This document shows positions 38,104-52,678 of a stretch of 64,000 bases of DNA, piece after piece. The position numbers were made by a program, and so were the translations under genes. The notes beneath the pieces were generated by a model that worked only from the letters and a program-made list of their open reading frames with translations, was not told the DNA's origin and ran no database searches. The stretch is taken from the NCBI GenBank assembly GCA_964016885.1, contig OZ024743.1, positions 43,276,001-43,340,000 on the forward strand, written 5' to 3'. Positions within the stretch are counted from its first letter, which is position 1; each line of letters starts with the position of its first letter. This stretch comes from Eledone cirrhosa (lineage: Eukaryota).

Positions 38104-41100
38104 GATTTCTTTATTAACCACAAGGGTTTACATAAAGTAGACATTAAGGACAGTGCAGGACAATACAGGACGGTACAAATAGGCATTTCTGAGTGTAAAA
38201 AACAAAAACAGAGGATGTAACAAAAAATAACAATGAAAAATTCCCCAATAGGGGGGGGGGGGGACTTCGGAGGGACATTTGTGGAGAAAGCCCAGTAAAA
38301 GGCCACAATGACCCTGACCAACAACGCAAGTGCCCTCTCCCAGTTTTCCACCTTTAATTTACAGATATATACTCAGAGTAGGCCCATTCACTCGGGCCAT
38401 TCTTGCTTCTCTCACCCATCTTTCAACAAAATGCTGGGAAGAGAGCACTTCCCTCTCTACTCTGATTTTCCTTTTCAAATGAAATTTGAAAAAGTCAATC
38501 AGAGCAACACCGAAGAGGTAAGTGCTCGTCTTCAGCCCTTTCAAACGTGTCCACCATACTATCTCTTTCGCCATGGCCACCAGACAGATAAAAACTGCCT
38601 GCCCTTCCCGGCTAAAGGAGGAGGGCGGGGCAATCCTCACGATGGACTCAGATGATAGCCGGATCCGTCCTAAACGCGACAGCATGTGTTCGACATAAAC
38701 CCACAAGTCAGCAGTTTTCGAACACTGGACGAGTGCGTGCAGGACGGTTTCGTCGCCCTGCGCGCATCTCGGACATGCCCGGCTGACGGCACTTCCATGC
38801 CTGTAGAGTTTATCCCGAACTGGCAAGGCTCCTCGGTAGCACTGCCAGGCCAGAGATTTCTGGAAGTTGTCCATAGGCCCTGGCCCGAAAGTTCTTCCGA
38901 AGAGATTGGCTAGTTGATTTTCGTCGACGCCTAGAGTTTCCCCAAGTACGTCGTCGCCCTTCCTCTCCACTAATCCTCTATAGAAAGCCGAGGTGGAGTT
39001 TCCACCGATCAGATTGCCCAATTGGTCGAGGGCTGTGAGTGCCTGAAGACATTCCAGTCTCCAGGCGCTCCCTCTCGGTTTCGCTTGACCCAGGACTGCA
39101 GATCCGTCAAGGAAACGAGCTGGGTAAATACGAGTCTAGCAAACGGCGACCACACCTGATCACCGTCGAGTAAGAGGTGGAGATGTCCAAGCCTGAGCGC
39201 ATGTACGCGCATCATCAGCCACGGTATGCCCAGCCCTCCACGTAGCGGGTGTTGACAACAGATGGACCGCCTGACCATCGGAGCGCGTCCCTTCCACAAA
39301 AAGCGAAAGAGCAAACGCTCCAGCACAGTTAGGCGGGGCTTAGGACAAGGTACGACGGTCAGGCGGTAGCAGATGACAGACACGATGTACGCGTTAGCCA
39401 CCTCCGCTCGACCTTTCAGGGACAGCTTCCTCTCCGCCCATTTCTGGGTGAGAGAAGCCACCCTGCTCGTCACATCGTCCCAGTTTTTGTCCGTCTGGAG
39501 GTCCGGACCGAACCAGACCCCTAGCAATTTAACCGGTCCGTCCGTCCAGCGTCCGACGACGCTGTTGGACGGCATGGACCTGGCTCTCCAGGTGCCGAGC
39601 TGCAGGCCCACTGACTTCTCCTGGTTGATCATTGCTCCTGTCACCGCTTCGTAGTCTCTTAGTGTAGTGCCGATCGCCTCGATGTGTTTGGCGTTAAAAA
39701 ACCACTACGGTGACACGGTCCGCATATGCTGACACGGATCTTCCGCATCCTAGTTCGCACGGGACGCCCCTCAACGTCTCCAGTTTGTGCAGTAATGGCT
39801 CGAGAGTCAATACGTACAAGAGGGACGAGAGGGGACATCCTTGGCGGACCGAGCGCATGATGTTTTAACAGTTCCGACAGGTGACCGTTCACTCTCACCA
39901 CAGAGCAGATATCGCTGTGCATGGCAGCGATCCAGCCTCTGAAGGCGGGCCCAAAGCCAGCCGCCCTCAGGACTGCCGCTAGGTAACGATGGTCGACCCT
40001 ATCGAAAGCTTTCGACTGATCTAAATTGATCAAGGACCCACCCGTGCCAGGTTCCCTAGGTACCCTATCTACGATGTATCGCATGAGGTGGAGGTTGACG
40101 TGGATGGATCTGCGGGAATGGCACATGTCTGCGCCTCTCCCACCAGACCACCAACGACAAGCGCCAACCTCTTTGCTAGCACCTTGGACAACATCTTGAA
40201 CTCTGTGTTTAGCAGAGTTATGGGCCGGAAATTATCTATGTTATCCCCCTTGTTTGGATCCTTTCTGAGCAGTGCCACCGCTCCTCGGCTCACAGAACTG
40301 GGAATTCTCCCGTTCTGTTGCCAGTTGCAGTAGACGTCCGCCAAGAGGCCTCAGAACAAGTCTGGCATCTGTACGTAAAGTTCATAGGGCAGACCATCCA
40401 AACCAGGCGATTTACCCCTTGTGCAGCCAGTCATTGCCTCCCTTACTTCAGCGGCTGTTATCGGCTTTTCGCAACACTTCGCCTCAGTGGCCGAGAGCCG
40501 CAGCAGTCCGTCGAGGTAGACACTAAAGTCCATCCCTCGACCCGGCCCACCGCTGCCCCCGAACAGCTGAGCGAAGTGTCGCTGAAAAGCTTCACACATT
40601 TTCCCGGGATAGAGTAGCATGCGCCCGTCGTGGTCCACCAAAGACCGGATCGTAGCTTTGTTGCCACGACGCGCCTCCGCCACTCGGGCCCATTGAACGG
40701 CTTTCGTCCCCTCGTGTCTGAGAGCACGCACCCTAGCTCTGACAACGCAGCCTTCGTGCTTTGCATTGAAGAATTGGTCAAGGGCCAATTTCGCCGCAAG
40801 CACGTCGGTCTCAATGCCTTTGCTAAGCGCCTCGTCTAATTTTCTAACTAGATCTCCCTCTGCTCTATTTTTCTCTATTGCTAAAGCCTTACTAACCCTA
40901 ATGGATTCTATTCTAATCGCTCTTTTCAGAGCAAACCACCAATTGTTGTTGACGATGGCCCCCGTCAACGCGCGCTTAACTAGTTCGCTAATCCGGTCTC
41001 GGTAGGCCTTGCGCGCTGGTAGGGACGCGTTTAGCGTCCAGTAGCCGGGTCCTCGTCTATGAAGCCTATCTAAGTCAAGCACACAGATCACGAATTTGTG

Positions 41101-44100
41101 GTCCGTGTAGCTGACTATCTTGAATTGTGGACAGCCTATGCTAGACCTATCTATTTCCCAACAAAATACTCAATCTAGATATGATCTGGATGACCCTATG
41201 CAATGTGTCCAAGTCCACATTGGCACATTCGGGAAATCCAATCGGTACCTGTCAGACAGTTCAAAACGCCTGAGCAGGTTGGTGAGGCTCTTGCACACTC
41301 CACCCCTATCCGCTAATCCCACACAGTCACAGCGTGCATCTAAGATCCCGTTCCAGTCGCCCACTAACACTAAACAGCGGGACGTTCCAAGAAAGTTCTC
41401 CAGACGCCGGAAGAAATCAGGCCGCTCTGCTCCTGTCGGGGCATAGACGGCCACTAGCCTGAAAGATTGCCCGTCTCCGCTGGTCACGTCCAGTACCACC
41501 AGCTTACCCTCTGGGTCCAGGAAGATGGCCCGTATGGCGAGATCCAAACCTCTCCGAAAAAGCACAGCAACTCCTCCCCCGATCCAGGACGCCTGGGTGA
41601 TGCGTACACATCGTAGCCGCCGAAGATCGGTGCGAAGGCCCGTGCTTAGGAGATTCTGGTCTCGCTGATTGCCACTACATCTATGTTTAGTGACCTGAGG
41701 TCGTTGCACAGGTGACCCCGCTTCCATGACGACCCCAAGCCACGCACATTTATGCTGCCTATTCTGAGTGAGGTGCAGGATGGTTTCGTCGTCCTGCGCG
41801 CATCTCGGACATGCCCGGCTGACGGCACCTCCATGCCTGTAGAGTTTATCCCGAACTGGCAAGGCTCCTCGGTAGCTCTGCCAGGCCAGAGATTTCTGGA
41901 AGTTGTCCATTGTTCCCGGCCCGAAAGTTCTTCCGAAGAGATTGGCTAGTTGATTTTCGTCAACGCCTAGAGTTTCCCCAAGTACGTCGTCGCTCTTCCC
42001 CTCCACTAATCCTCTATAGAAAGCCGAGGTGGAGTTTCCACCGATCAGATTGCCCGATTGGTCGAGGACTGTGAGTGCCTGAAGACATTCCAGTCTCCAG
42101 GCGCTCCCTCTCGGTTTCGCTTGACCCAGGACTGCAGATCCGTCAAGGAAACGAGCTGGGTAAATACGTGTCTGGCAAACGGCGACCACACCTGATCACC
42201 GTCGAGTAAGAGGTGGAGATGTCCAAGTCTGAGCGCATGTACGCGCATCATCAGCCACGGTATTCTCAGCCCTCCACGTAGTGGGTGTTGACAGCAGATG
42301 GACCGCCTGACCATCGGAGCACGTCCCTTCCACAAAAAGCGAAAGAGCAAACGCTCCAGCACAGTTAGGCGGGGCTTAGGACAAGGTACGACGGTCAGGC
42401 GGTAGCAGATGACAGACGCGATGTACGCGTTAGCCACCTCCGCTCGACCTTTCAGGGATAGCTTCCTCTCCGCCCATTTCTGGGTGAGAGAAGCCACCCT
42501 GCTCGTCACCTCGTCCCAGTTTTTGTCCGTCTAGAGGTCCGGACCGAACCAGACCCCTAGCAATTTAACCGGTCCGTCCGTCCAGCGTCCGACGACGCTG
42601 TTGGACGGCATGGACCTGCCTCTCCAGGTGCCGAGCTGCAGGCCCCCTGACTTTTCCTGGTTGATCATTGCTCCTGTCACCGCTTCGTATTCTCTTAGTG
42701 TAGTACCGATCGCCGCGATGTGTTTGGCGTTCGACACCACTACGGTGACATCGTCCGCATATGCTGACACGGATCTTCCGCATCCTAGTTGACGCGGGAC
42801 CCCCCTCAACGCCTCCAGTTTGTGCAGTAATGGCTCGAGAGTCAATAGGTACAAGAGGGACGAGAGGCGACATACTTGGCGGATCGAGCGCATGATGTTA
42901 AACGGTTCCGAAAGTGACCGTTCACTCTCACCACAGAGCAGATGTCGCTGTGCATGGCAGCGATCCGGCCTCTGAAGACGGGCCCAAAGCCAGCCGCCCT
43001 CAGGACTGCCGCTAAGTAACGATAGTCGACCCTATCGAACGCTTTCGACTGATCTAAATTGATCAAGGACCCACCGGTGCCAGGTTCCCTAGCTACACAC
43101 TCTACGATGTATCGCATGAGGTGGAGGTTGTCGTGGATGGATCTGTCGGGAATGGCGCATGTCTGCGCCTCTCCCACCAGACCACCAACGACAAGCGCCA
43201 ATCGCTTTGCTAGCACCTTGGCCAAAATCTTGAACTCTGTGTTTAGCAGAGTTATGGGCCTGAAATTTGCCGGGGATCGAGTAGCATGCGCCCGTCGTGG
43301 TCCACCTAAGACCGGATCGTGTCTTTGTTACCACGACGCGCCTCCGCCACTAGGGCTCATTGAACGGCTTTCGTCCCCTCGTGTCAGAGAGCACGCACCC
43401 TAGCTCAAACAACGCAGCCTTCGTGCTTTGCATTGAAGAATTGGTCAAGGGCCAATTTCGCCGCAAGCACGTCGGTCCCGATGCCTTTGCTAAGCGCCTT
43501 GTTTAATTTTCTAACTAGTTCTCCCTCTGCTCTATTTTTCTCTATTGCTAAAGCCTTACTAAACCTAATCGATTCTATTCTAATCGCTCTTTTAAGAGCA
43601 AACCACCACTTGTTGACGATAGAAACCGTCAACGCCCGCTTAACTAGTTCGCTAATCCGGTCTCTGTAGGCTTTGAGCGCTGGTAAGGACGCGTTTAGTT
43701 TCCAGTAGCCAGGTCCTCGCCTATGAAGCCTATCTAAGTCACGGACACAGATCACGAATTTGTGGTGCGTGTAGCTGACTATCTTGAATTGTGGACAGCC
43801 TATGCTAGATTTATCTATTTCCCTACAAAATACTCTATCTAGATGTGAACTTGATGACCCTATGCGATTTGTCCAAGTCCAAATTGGCACATTCGGGAAA
43901 TCCAATCGGTACCTCTCAGACAGATCAAAACGCCTGAGCAGGTTGGTGAGGCTCTGGCTCCCTCCACTCCTATCCGCTAATCCCACACAGTCCCAGCGTG
44001 CATCTAAGATCCCGTTCCAGTCGCCCACTAACACTAAACAGCGAGATGTTCCAAGAAAGGTCTCTAGACGCCGGAAGAAATTAGGCCGCCCTGCTTCTGT

Positions 44101-46652
44101 CGGGACATAGACGGCCACTAGCCTGAAAACTTGTCCGTCTCCGCTGGTCACATCCAGCTCCACCAACTTACCCTCTGGGTCCAGGAAGATGGCCGGTATG
44201 GAGAGATCCAAACCTCTCCGAAAAAGCACAGCAACTCCTCCCCCCGATCCAGGACGGCTGGGAGATGCGTACACACTGTAGCCGCCGAAGATCGGTGCGA
44301 AGCCCCGTGCATCGGAGATTCTCGTCTCCCTGATGGCCACTACATCTATGTTTAGTGACCTGAGATCGTTGAGCAGGTGACCCTGCTTCCATGACGACCC
44401 CAAGCCACGTGCATTTATGCTGCCCATTCTGAGTGAGGTCATGTTTAAAATGGTGTGGAAAAGATGGGAAAGACCACTTACCGTACATTTCGTAGAGGAA
44501 GGATGGTTTCGCCAACCCTTTTCCGTTGAATCGTCCCTTCGGCTGGTCGTCGGCTCTTCTATGAGTATGTCCGAATATACTCTCCGGTTGAGAGCCCTCC
44601 TAGGTCTCTGAAATCACCAACTGCATTGGGAAATTTCGTTTTAATGTTTGTGTATTGTTTCTGTGCTATTTTTACCAGTCTTATGTTCGTTGGCGTTTTG
44701 ATTGGTGCTGGTATTATGTAGTCGTGCTGGGAAATGTCTGTGTGTTCAATTATGTAAGTCATTAGTTTCTTGTTGTGTGTATTTACTGCCGTGCAGTTGT
44801 TTTTTCTGAGGGTGGGGTGTGGTTCTGCTATTTTCTTGTCGTTGTTGCTGGGTGTGTTTTGTTGTTGTGTTTGCGATGTTGGTGCTTGTGGTGGTGGTGT
44901 TGAAGGTGTTGTTGTTGTTGGCGGTAGGGTTGTCGCCGGTGGTGATGGTGGTGCTAGTGTGGGTGGTGATGGTGTTGGTGGTGTTGCTGCTGTGAGTCTC
45001 TTTGCAGTAGCCTTTACCCTATTTTCATTTCTTTCCTCCCTTTTCGAAGGCGACGATGCGCTGCTTCTGCGTTTGTGCCTTCTTACGAACTTTTGCCATC
45101 CCTCTCCCACCTCACACTCCATGTCTGATTCTGTGAGGTCGGGGAGGGGTACCAGCCCCACTCTTTCACTTGTTGTTGTTGGTGATGTTTGAACTGGAGT
45201 CTCTGTTGCAGCTGCATTTGGTATTGTTGTTGTTGTTGTTAATACCTCAACTGCTGCTGCTGTTTTTTATTTCCGTGGCGTGGGTATGGGTGCCACGGAC
45301 CTATCATTCCTGGTTGCCGCTTGTCCTGTTGCTGGTAGCCGTGGAGCCGGTTTCGGAAGGAGGGGGGTTTTCTCCTTTCTCAGGGTCTTCTCGTTGCAGA
45401 AGGCCCTGAGGTGAGTCTTCGATCCACAGCGAAAGCATTTCGGGCGTTTGCCCTCAACACTTATGGGCAGTTGAGTGCCGTTATCGAAGTCTATCACATC
45501 CGGGATAGCTGCGATGCACTCCTGGTTGGTTGGGATTAACATCTCAATGGAGGTGCCGACCCAATCTTCTCTTACTTTTTTCTGTACTTGCAGTACAGTT
45601 GTTTTGTCCTCGATTCCGACGAGGACAGACGCGGCCAGCCAAGAAGGGGCCATCCCGGGGGGGGGGGGGTCAGTTTGACCCTCAAAATGTTTTGCCCGCA
45701 GTAGGAGGGCACCAACACCATTTCCTCGCTCCTTAGGGTCACTAAGGATTGAGCCTTTGCCTCCTGGGGTGTGGCAAAAAGTACGTCTACGGTGGCATAT
45801 TTCTTTCCTCGGGGGATGTGCGTTTTCCGCTGCCACACAGACCCCAAGGCTTTTTGTATTTGAGCCTCTGTGGCTCTTTCAACCCTACGGGATTTTGTAC
45901 TTACTGTACGGTACGTGACCGTACAGTGCTGTTGGTTTTCGAAAAATTTTTCGGCTGCCTTGCAGATTGCTCGGTGTCCGGTTTTTGTCACCATCTTCTT
46001 CGCTTCCTCTAATTCCTCATTTGTTATGAGGATGGTTTCCAGGTTCTTTGCGATACCTGCAAACGAGATTGTTTTTTCTTTGCTGCTGCTGTTGTTGTTG
46101 TTGCTGCTAATGCTGTTGTTGTTTATGCTGCTGCTGATGCTATTGCGGCTGCTACTGTTGTTTTCCTTGTCACTGTTGCTGCTGTTATTACGGCTGCTAC
46201 TGCTATTATTCCTGACGTCAGACGAATGAAATGGGTTTTCGTATTTCCCGCACACCTTTTTCGTCGTTGTCGTCGTGGAGAAATCTTGCTCGCTTTGCAC
46301 GTGACTTTTCTTTTCTGGCGTCGCTTGCGAAAGAGAAGGGAGGGAGAGAGACAATCTTCTCTCTGCTGTAGTGACGATTGAAGAAGGAGAAGACGGAATG
46401 AGTGGGAGTGACCTATGAAAATTCTTTTTCGTAGCCATGTTTTTTTTTGTTTAAAATAAATATTGGGCACAAAACCCCAATAAGCGTTTATTTAACCCCG
46501 AAGGGCCAAATAACGGGCAGAAAGACCCCTCTCACGAGGAGGAGGGTGTTTTTGTCTACAAGTTGGTTAAAGTTTTAAACAATTCACAATTGTTATAGCG
46601 GTCAACATTTACAATACCTTACAGTGCCGAGCCTCCGTCAACCATAGCATTC
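38104..46652 (-). mobile_element. L1/Tx1-clade element copy T3 with near-complete ORF2 duplication (degraded)
   Basis: ORF1 pieces 45572..46438, 45267..45836 (CFRCGSKTHLRAFC) and 44559..45161. ORF2 copy a spans 44442 to 41774 and copy b spans 41773 to 38359. (AAT)n lies at 38080-38103 and 46653-46673. Confidence 0.93.
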
Positions 46653-46679
46653 AATAATAATAATAATAATAATACCACA

Positions 46680-46707
46680 ACTGCTACTACTACGACTACC
46701 TCTTCTT

Positions 46708-46769
<62 letters not shown>

Positions 46770-46885
46770 TCTTCTACTAATACTACTACTACTACTACTA
46801 TTTCTACTACTGCTACTACTACTACTACTACTACAGCTACCACTACTACTGCTACTACTACCTCTTCTTCTACTACTACTACTAT

Positions 46886-46942
<57 letters not shown>

Positions 46943-46966
46943 CCCTGCTACTACTACTACCCATTA

Positions 46967-47028
<62 letters not shown>
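46680..47028. repeat. (TAC)n/(GTA)n microsatellite (also 32066-32238 and 48632-48895)
   Basis: Directly visible; flanks the T2+T3 array on both sides. Confidence 0.95.
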
Positions 47029-47519
47029 GATTGCTTTAGATTTGGTCTTTATGAACAAGTACATGTGTGTGCGTGTGCAAACACCGCCGCAATTACATAA
47101 ATATACACTCAGACATACATTCACACAAACACACACATACATTCGCACAAACACACACATACATTCGCACAACACACACATACATTCACACAAACACACA
47201 CATACATTCACACAAACACACACATACGTTCACCCATACACACATACATTCACACAAACACACACATACATTTCACACAAACACTTACACATATAGACAG
47301 CATAACAAATGGCGCCAGCCGCTATTTTGCTATAGTCATTTCACCACCTCCGTCCCGTCCCTTCCTTTTACACACACACACATTCACACAGGCAGCAGGC
47401 GTAAAGAGAGGGGAGTGGTCTGAGGAATCAAACTACTCCTCTCTCTTTACATGTTGTGACAGAATTGCAGAAATCGATATATAGATGACACCTAGCTTTT
47501 TGTCAAGTTTGGCGACAAT

Positions 47520-47975
47520 TTTTCTCAGCTTAATCATTTTCTGTGTAGACAGATTACATATGGCATAGTATACTGTATATTATTAACCATCTTGCCAACA
47601 ACACCCTGAGTACCTTTTTGATTTCCCTGTGTCTAACACACGTGGGGATCATGCCAACAAAGTCAGAAAACAGCACAGCTCCCATGAATTTCGGAAACAT
47701 TTTTTCACACTCAGATTTGCTGAGCATAGAACAAACTCCCTGCATCAGTTATTAGCTGTCGAGACACTGCATCCTTTAAAACGTCCATGCTTCCTGAGAT
47801 TTGCCAACACTACACCTAATATTACCCTTCCATACACATGCACACATGTATATCATGACTCATAGACTATTCACTTCCCTGACATTTATATATTATTCTA
47901 TGTACTATACATGCACCTTTGATTAGTTGTAGTGCACCCGAGCACTGTACACAATAATTTCATTATTATTATTAT
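47520..47975 (+). mobile_element. CR1-type LINE 3' end
   Basis: NTRG.HANKVRKQHS..FRKHFFTLR...NKLP resembles the CR1 C-terminus; ends in (ATT)n. Confidence 0.65.
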
Positions 47976-48630
47976 GATTAGCTACGTATCTCAAGCTGCC
48001 TTATCCTAGGCTGCCTGCAATTCCCAAGTTCCCGGGTAATGTACTGCTGAGTTCGTAGACTTCAGTGGTCATATTGAAGGAGGATCAAGTTATATTTGCT
48101 TTTTCGATGTTATGCATCTACATAGCTGCTATTTGTATGTTTTGCTTTGTATCTTATAATTTCTCAGTTTACGCATTCTAGATTTAGAAGGCTGTTTGGC
48201 CAAAGTTAATTGTCGTAGACTTTTGCCTCGAATATGTTATATAAGCTCTTTTTATGCCCCTAGATTTGGAATAAGAGGTTTGCCTACATCTTCAGCCCAT
48301 AAAGTTATGTAGAAATAACACATGACTCCTGTTATTTTTTGCTTCCCCCACTGCATCCCGATTTTTAAAAAAGTGCTCATAAATGTTATTGCTGTTACTT
48401 TTTACGAGACTTAACACTGATTCCTGTATCGCTGATTCTGTTTGTGAAGTACAGTATACTTCTGCAACTATAGTTTGGTATATCCCTGTTTGTGTAGCAA
48501 CGTATAGCCTCACATGTAATAATTCAGATTAAGAACACTGATTCAGCACTATGATTCATTAGTTTTTCGTGGGAATAGTCTGACTAATGGATTTCTATAT
48601 AATATGTTAACCTCCTGTGATTACATACCA

Positions 48631-48708
<78 letters not shown>

Positions 48709-48713
48709 TGGTA

Positions 48714-48831
<118 letters not shown>

Positions 48832-48858
48832 GAGGAGTAGTAGTAGTAGTAGTAGTGA

Positions 48859-48896
<38 letters not shown>

Positions 48897-49749
48897 CAAG
48901 CGAATGCCTTTAAGATTTTATTTGTTACAACGTGAATTTCAAAATCAAACAATATTGTTATCGGTGCGGGGATGTCACTGTCAGCGATATTGCATGTCGT
49001 TCAATCGTAAGGAATGCAGCTAACCATATTTGGGAAGTTTTGAAACGGCCAAGCTGGAAGTGTGTAATTAATTAGTCAGTTAATTAATGTTACAATCATT
49101 TTTGCTTTGTTTTCCTTCGCCGAAGGATGTGTTTTTTAATATTGCAGTTATCGTTGTTATTTTTGGCAGCTTCTGGAGGCTAACAGAACAGCCGGCAACT
49201 AATGTTCTGTTAATTATGAATTCAGCAGTTAGCAAAGTATTAGATAATAATTTAATATTATATTTGTTGTTCATAAATGAATATTTTAAATTAGTATTTG
49301 AGAGATGTTTTTCCTTTGTAAATCTGATTTCATGAGTAGTTTCAAAGCGCAAGTATCGTGAAAGTGTTAATAATTTGTTCACGTATTACATCAGTCAAGG
49401 CTACATTGCGGCGCCAAAAGTACGTGTGTTATAATAGGGAACTGTGGGAGAGGTAGATGGACATCCAATTAGAGAAAAACTGCATATTTATTTCAAAATA
49501 TATATAAATACTAGGCTGGAATATGATATGATGTTATATAAATATATAATAATGTACGCATGAATCAAATATTTGTATTTATTTTATATTTAAGTTTCTC
49601 TTAACAAATGGGGCAGATTACTGGGATGGCAGATATATATCTTTGAGAGAACATATTATGTCTTCGTATTATGTTTGGAAAAACATTCTCAGCTGATGTA
49701 ATGACATCGTTGATTAGTATTTATTGCTTCCAAGAATAGTAAGCTATTG

Positions 49750-49819
<70 letters not shown>

Positions 49820-49826
49820 AACACAC

Positions 49827-49883
<57 letters not shown>

Positions 49884-50174
49884 TGTATATATTACTGAAA
49901 CTTATCATGGGTTGTATGCCGTAAAAATGAAACAAAATATATACCACTAAACGGCTTAATGTTTTCTTTGAATTAGCATTAAAAGAATATCAAATAAGCT
50001 CCGCTATTACTGGCTATATAAAGCATTTCAACAATGAGAGCCTTCTGATTTGTCTTTATATAATATTTCATCAAAGACATTAACCCTTTTCACAGAGACT
50101 GCTTAGTTCCACCGACGTCAGTGGGTATCTACGAATGCATGAACATGTTGCAGTTAAATGATATAATATATAAC

Positions 50175-51497
50175 TGTCTAACAACTAGGGCGGGTAATAT
50201 TCCCGAGATCCATGGACGAGTTCTCTCCAGCGGTCTCTGTCCCTCATTATCGCTGTCATGTCCTGTGCCTCCAACAGACCAGTGTCTGTCCTTAGGGCAT
50301 CAACATACGTTAACCTTAGTCTTCCTCTTCCAGTGTGTCCATGTAGGGGCTCCCAAAGTAGCACTGAGTGCAATGTCAACTCTGGATGTCGGTGAGCATG
50401 TCCAGCTAAACTCAGTCTCTTCTGTGTCACTTTTCAGCTGACTTTTGGGAGGCTCCCATACAGCTCTGAGTTTTTCATCCTCAGTGCATACTGATTAATG
50501 GTCAGAGCCATCCTCAGCATTCTCATGTAGCACCCATCCACCATCTGAGTGAGTTTCTTGGTGAGTGTCCAAGTCTCAGACCCGTACATAAGTACACATT
50601 CCACTACAGCAATGAAGAGGCGGATTTTCAGGTCTTTATAAAGGTCCGACTTCCACACCGATATCAAGCTGTGGCACACCGCCCAGACCTTGCTCTTCCT
50701 CTCAACCACATCATCTTCTGTATTCCCAATCTTTGTTCCCAAATACAGGAAGTCCTCAACCAATTCTAGCGGCTCCGCGTTTACATTAGTGATCCCCTCT
50801 AGTTTCTCAACATTATCTACCAGATATTTTGTTTTAGTCTCATTCATTCTCAGTCCCACTCTCATCGACACAATCTCAACCTCCTGCATCAAATCTTCTG
50901 TCTCCTTCGCTGTATTTGTCACCAAAATATGTCGTCGGCAAATTCAGCATCCGATATCTTGTTCGCCCCAACTCTCCTGCTCTGAGCCGGTGCTACAGTA
51001 AAGCCAGAGTCCTGGTTCTTTTCCAGTGCATGGCGCATACAATAGTCCACTACGATGATAAAAAGGTAGGGAGCCATGTATCTCCCTGGAGCACTCCAGC
51101 CAGTATCTCAAATAACTCTCTCATCCCATCAGGTGTAATGACTTGGGCTTTGGTGTTGGTGTAGAGCAGTGATATCAGGTCCACTATCTTCTTGGGGATT
51201 CCATAAGCCTGTAAGATCTTCATGAGGCAGTGACGGTCCAGAGAATCAAAGGCCTTCCTAAAGTCACTGAAAACCATGACCACAGGAAGGCACTTTGCAC
51301 CAGCTCCCTCTAATATCCTCCTCATCATCAGGATGTGACTGGTGGTTGATCTTCCCTCTCTGAAGCCGTTCTGGTTGTCCCTGAGCTTCTTCTCCATCTC
51401 AGGCTGGATTCTTAATAATCATCCTGTTGAGGGTCTTTGCCAGAAGTGACGTAGTTATTGGTGTTAGAGAGATCTCCCTTCTTTGGCACTGGGACGT
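50175..51497 (-). mobile_element. RTE-like LINE RT and 3' portion (second fragment at about 53170-53410)
   Basis: NQNGFREGRSTT, DFRKAFDS, GVLQGDT, FLYLG, LMYGSETWTLT, LAGH..RH, GRGRLRLTY. Confidence 0.88.
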
Positions 51498-51608
51498 TAA
51501 ACTAAAATGTATTGAATGGTCATTTTAATTTGGTATTTATACATTTTAACGGAGAAAAGCGATATATATATATAAATATATACATATATGTATATATATA
51601 TATACATA

Positions 51609-52444
51609 TATTATATATAGAGTTATAAACTCAAATAGTCTTTTACAATTAAATAGCTCAAAGAAAGGAATATTTCTGAGCCGTGTAATACAAATGAGTA
51701 TATGATAGGGATAAACACTGATACATATATACATGTGTTTGCATTGCAAATGACCAAGTTAGCTAGATTGAAAAATACTAATTAAAATAATACGGTTTGC
51801 CTGTCTCGGTTTAAAATAATAAATCAATAAAAACAAACCTATACTGGCAATAGCCGTGATACCTGGACACATTTTAAATTTGTTTCGCAACAATTGAGTG
51901 AAATTTCCTATTCCTGTGCTCGTCTGCAGGTATCCAGAAATTGGTAAGTTTCACTTCAAAATACTTAAGAAGACTGAGAGAAATGTGTTGTTTAACGCAC
52001 ATGTGTCGCAGAGTCTAGCCCGTCCTATACTCGTGTCGCTAAAAATAGCAGCCGGTTTTATGGGACTAAAAATTAGCTCAACGCATGGAGCCGAGAATAT
52101 TATATATAGAGTTATAAACTCAAATAGACTTTTACAATTAAATAGGTCAAAGAAAGGAATATTTCTGAGCCGTGTAATACAAATGAATATATGATAGGGA
52201 TAAACACTGATACAAGTATACATGTGTTTGCATTGCAAATGACCAAGTTAGCTAGATTGAATAATACTAATTAAAATAATATGGTTTGCTTGTCTTGATT
52301 TCAAATAATAAATCAATAAAAACAAACCTATATTGGCAATAGCCGTGATACCTGGACAAATTTTAAATTTTAAACTTTAAATTTGTTTCTCAACAATTAT
52401 GTGAAATTTCCTATTCCTGTGCTGTGCTGCAGGTATCCAGAAAT
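51609..52444. repeat. direct duplication of about 335 bp (51609-51942 and 52098-52444)
   Basis: Both copies run from tattatatatagagttataaactc to ctgcaggtatccagaaat with few mismatches. Confidence 0.9.
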
Positions 52445-52528
52445 ATATACATATATATATGTATATATATATATATGTATATACATATATATATATGTAT
52501 ATATATACATATATATATATGTACATAC

Positions 52529-52678
<150 letters not shown>

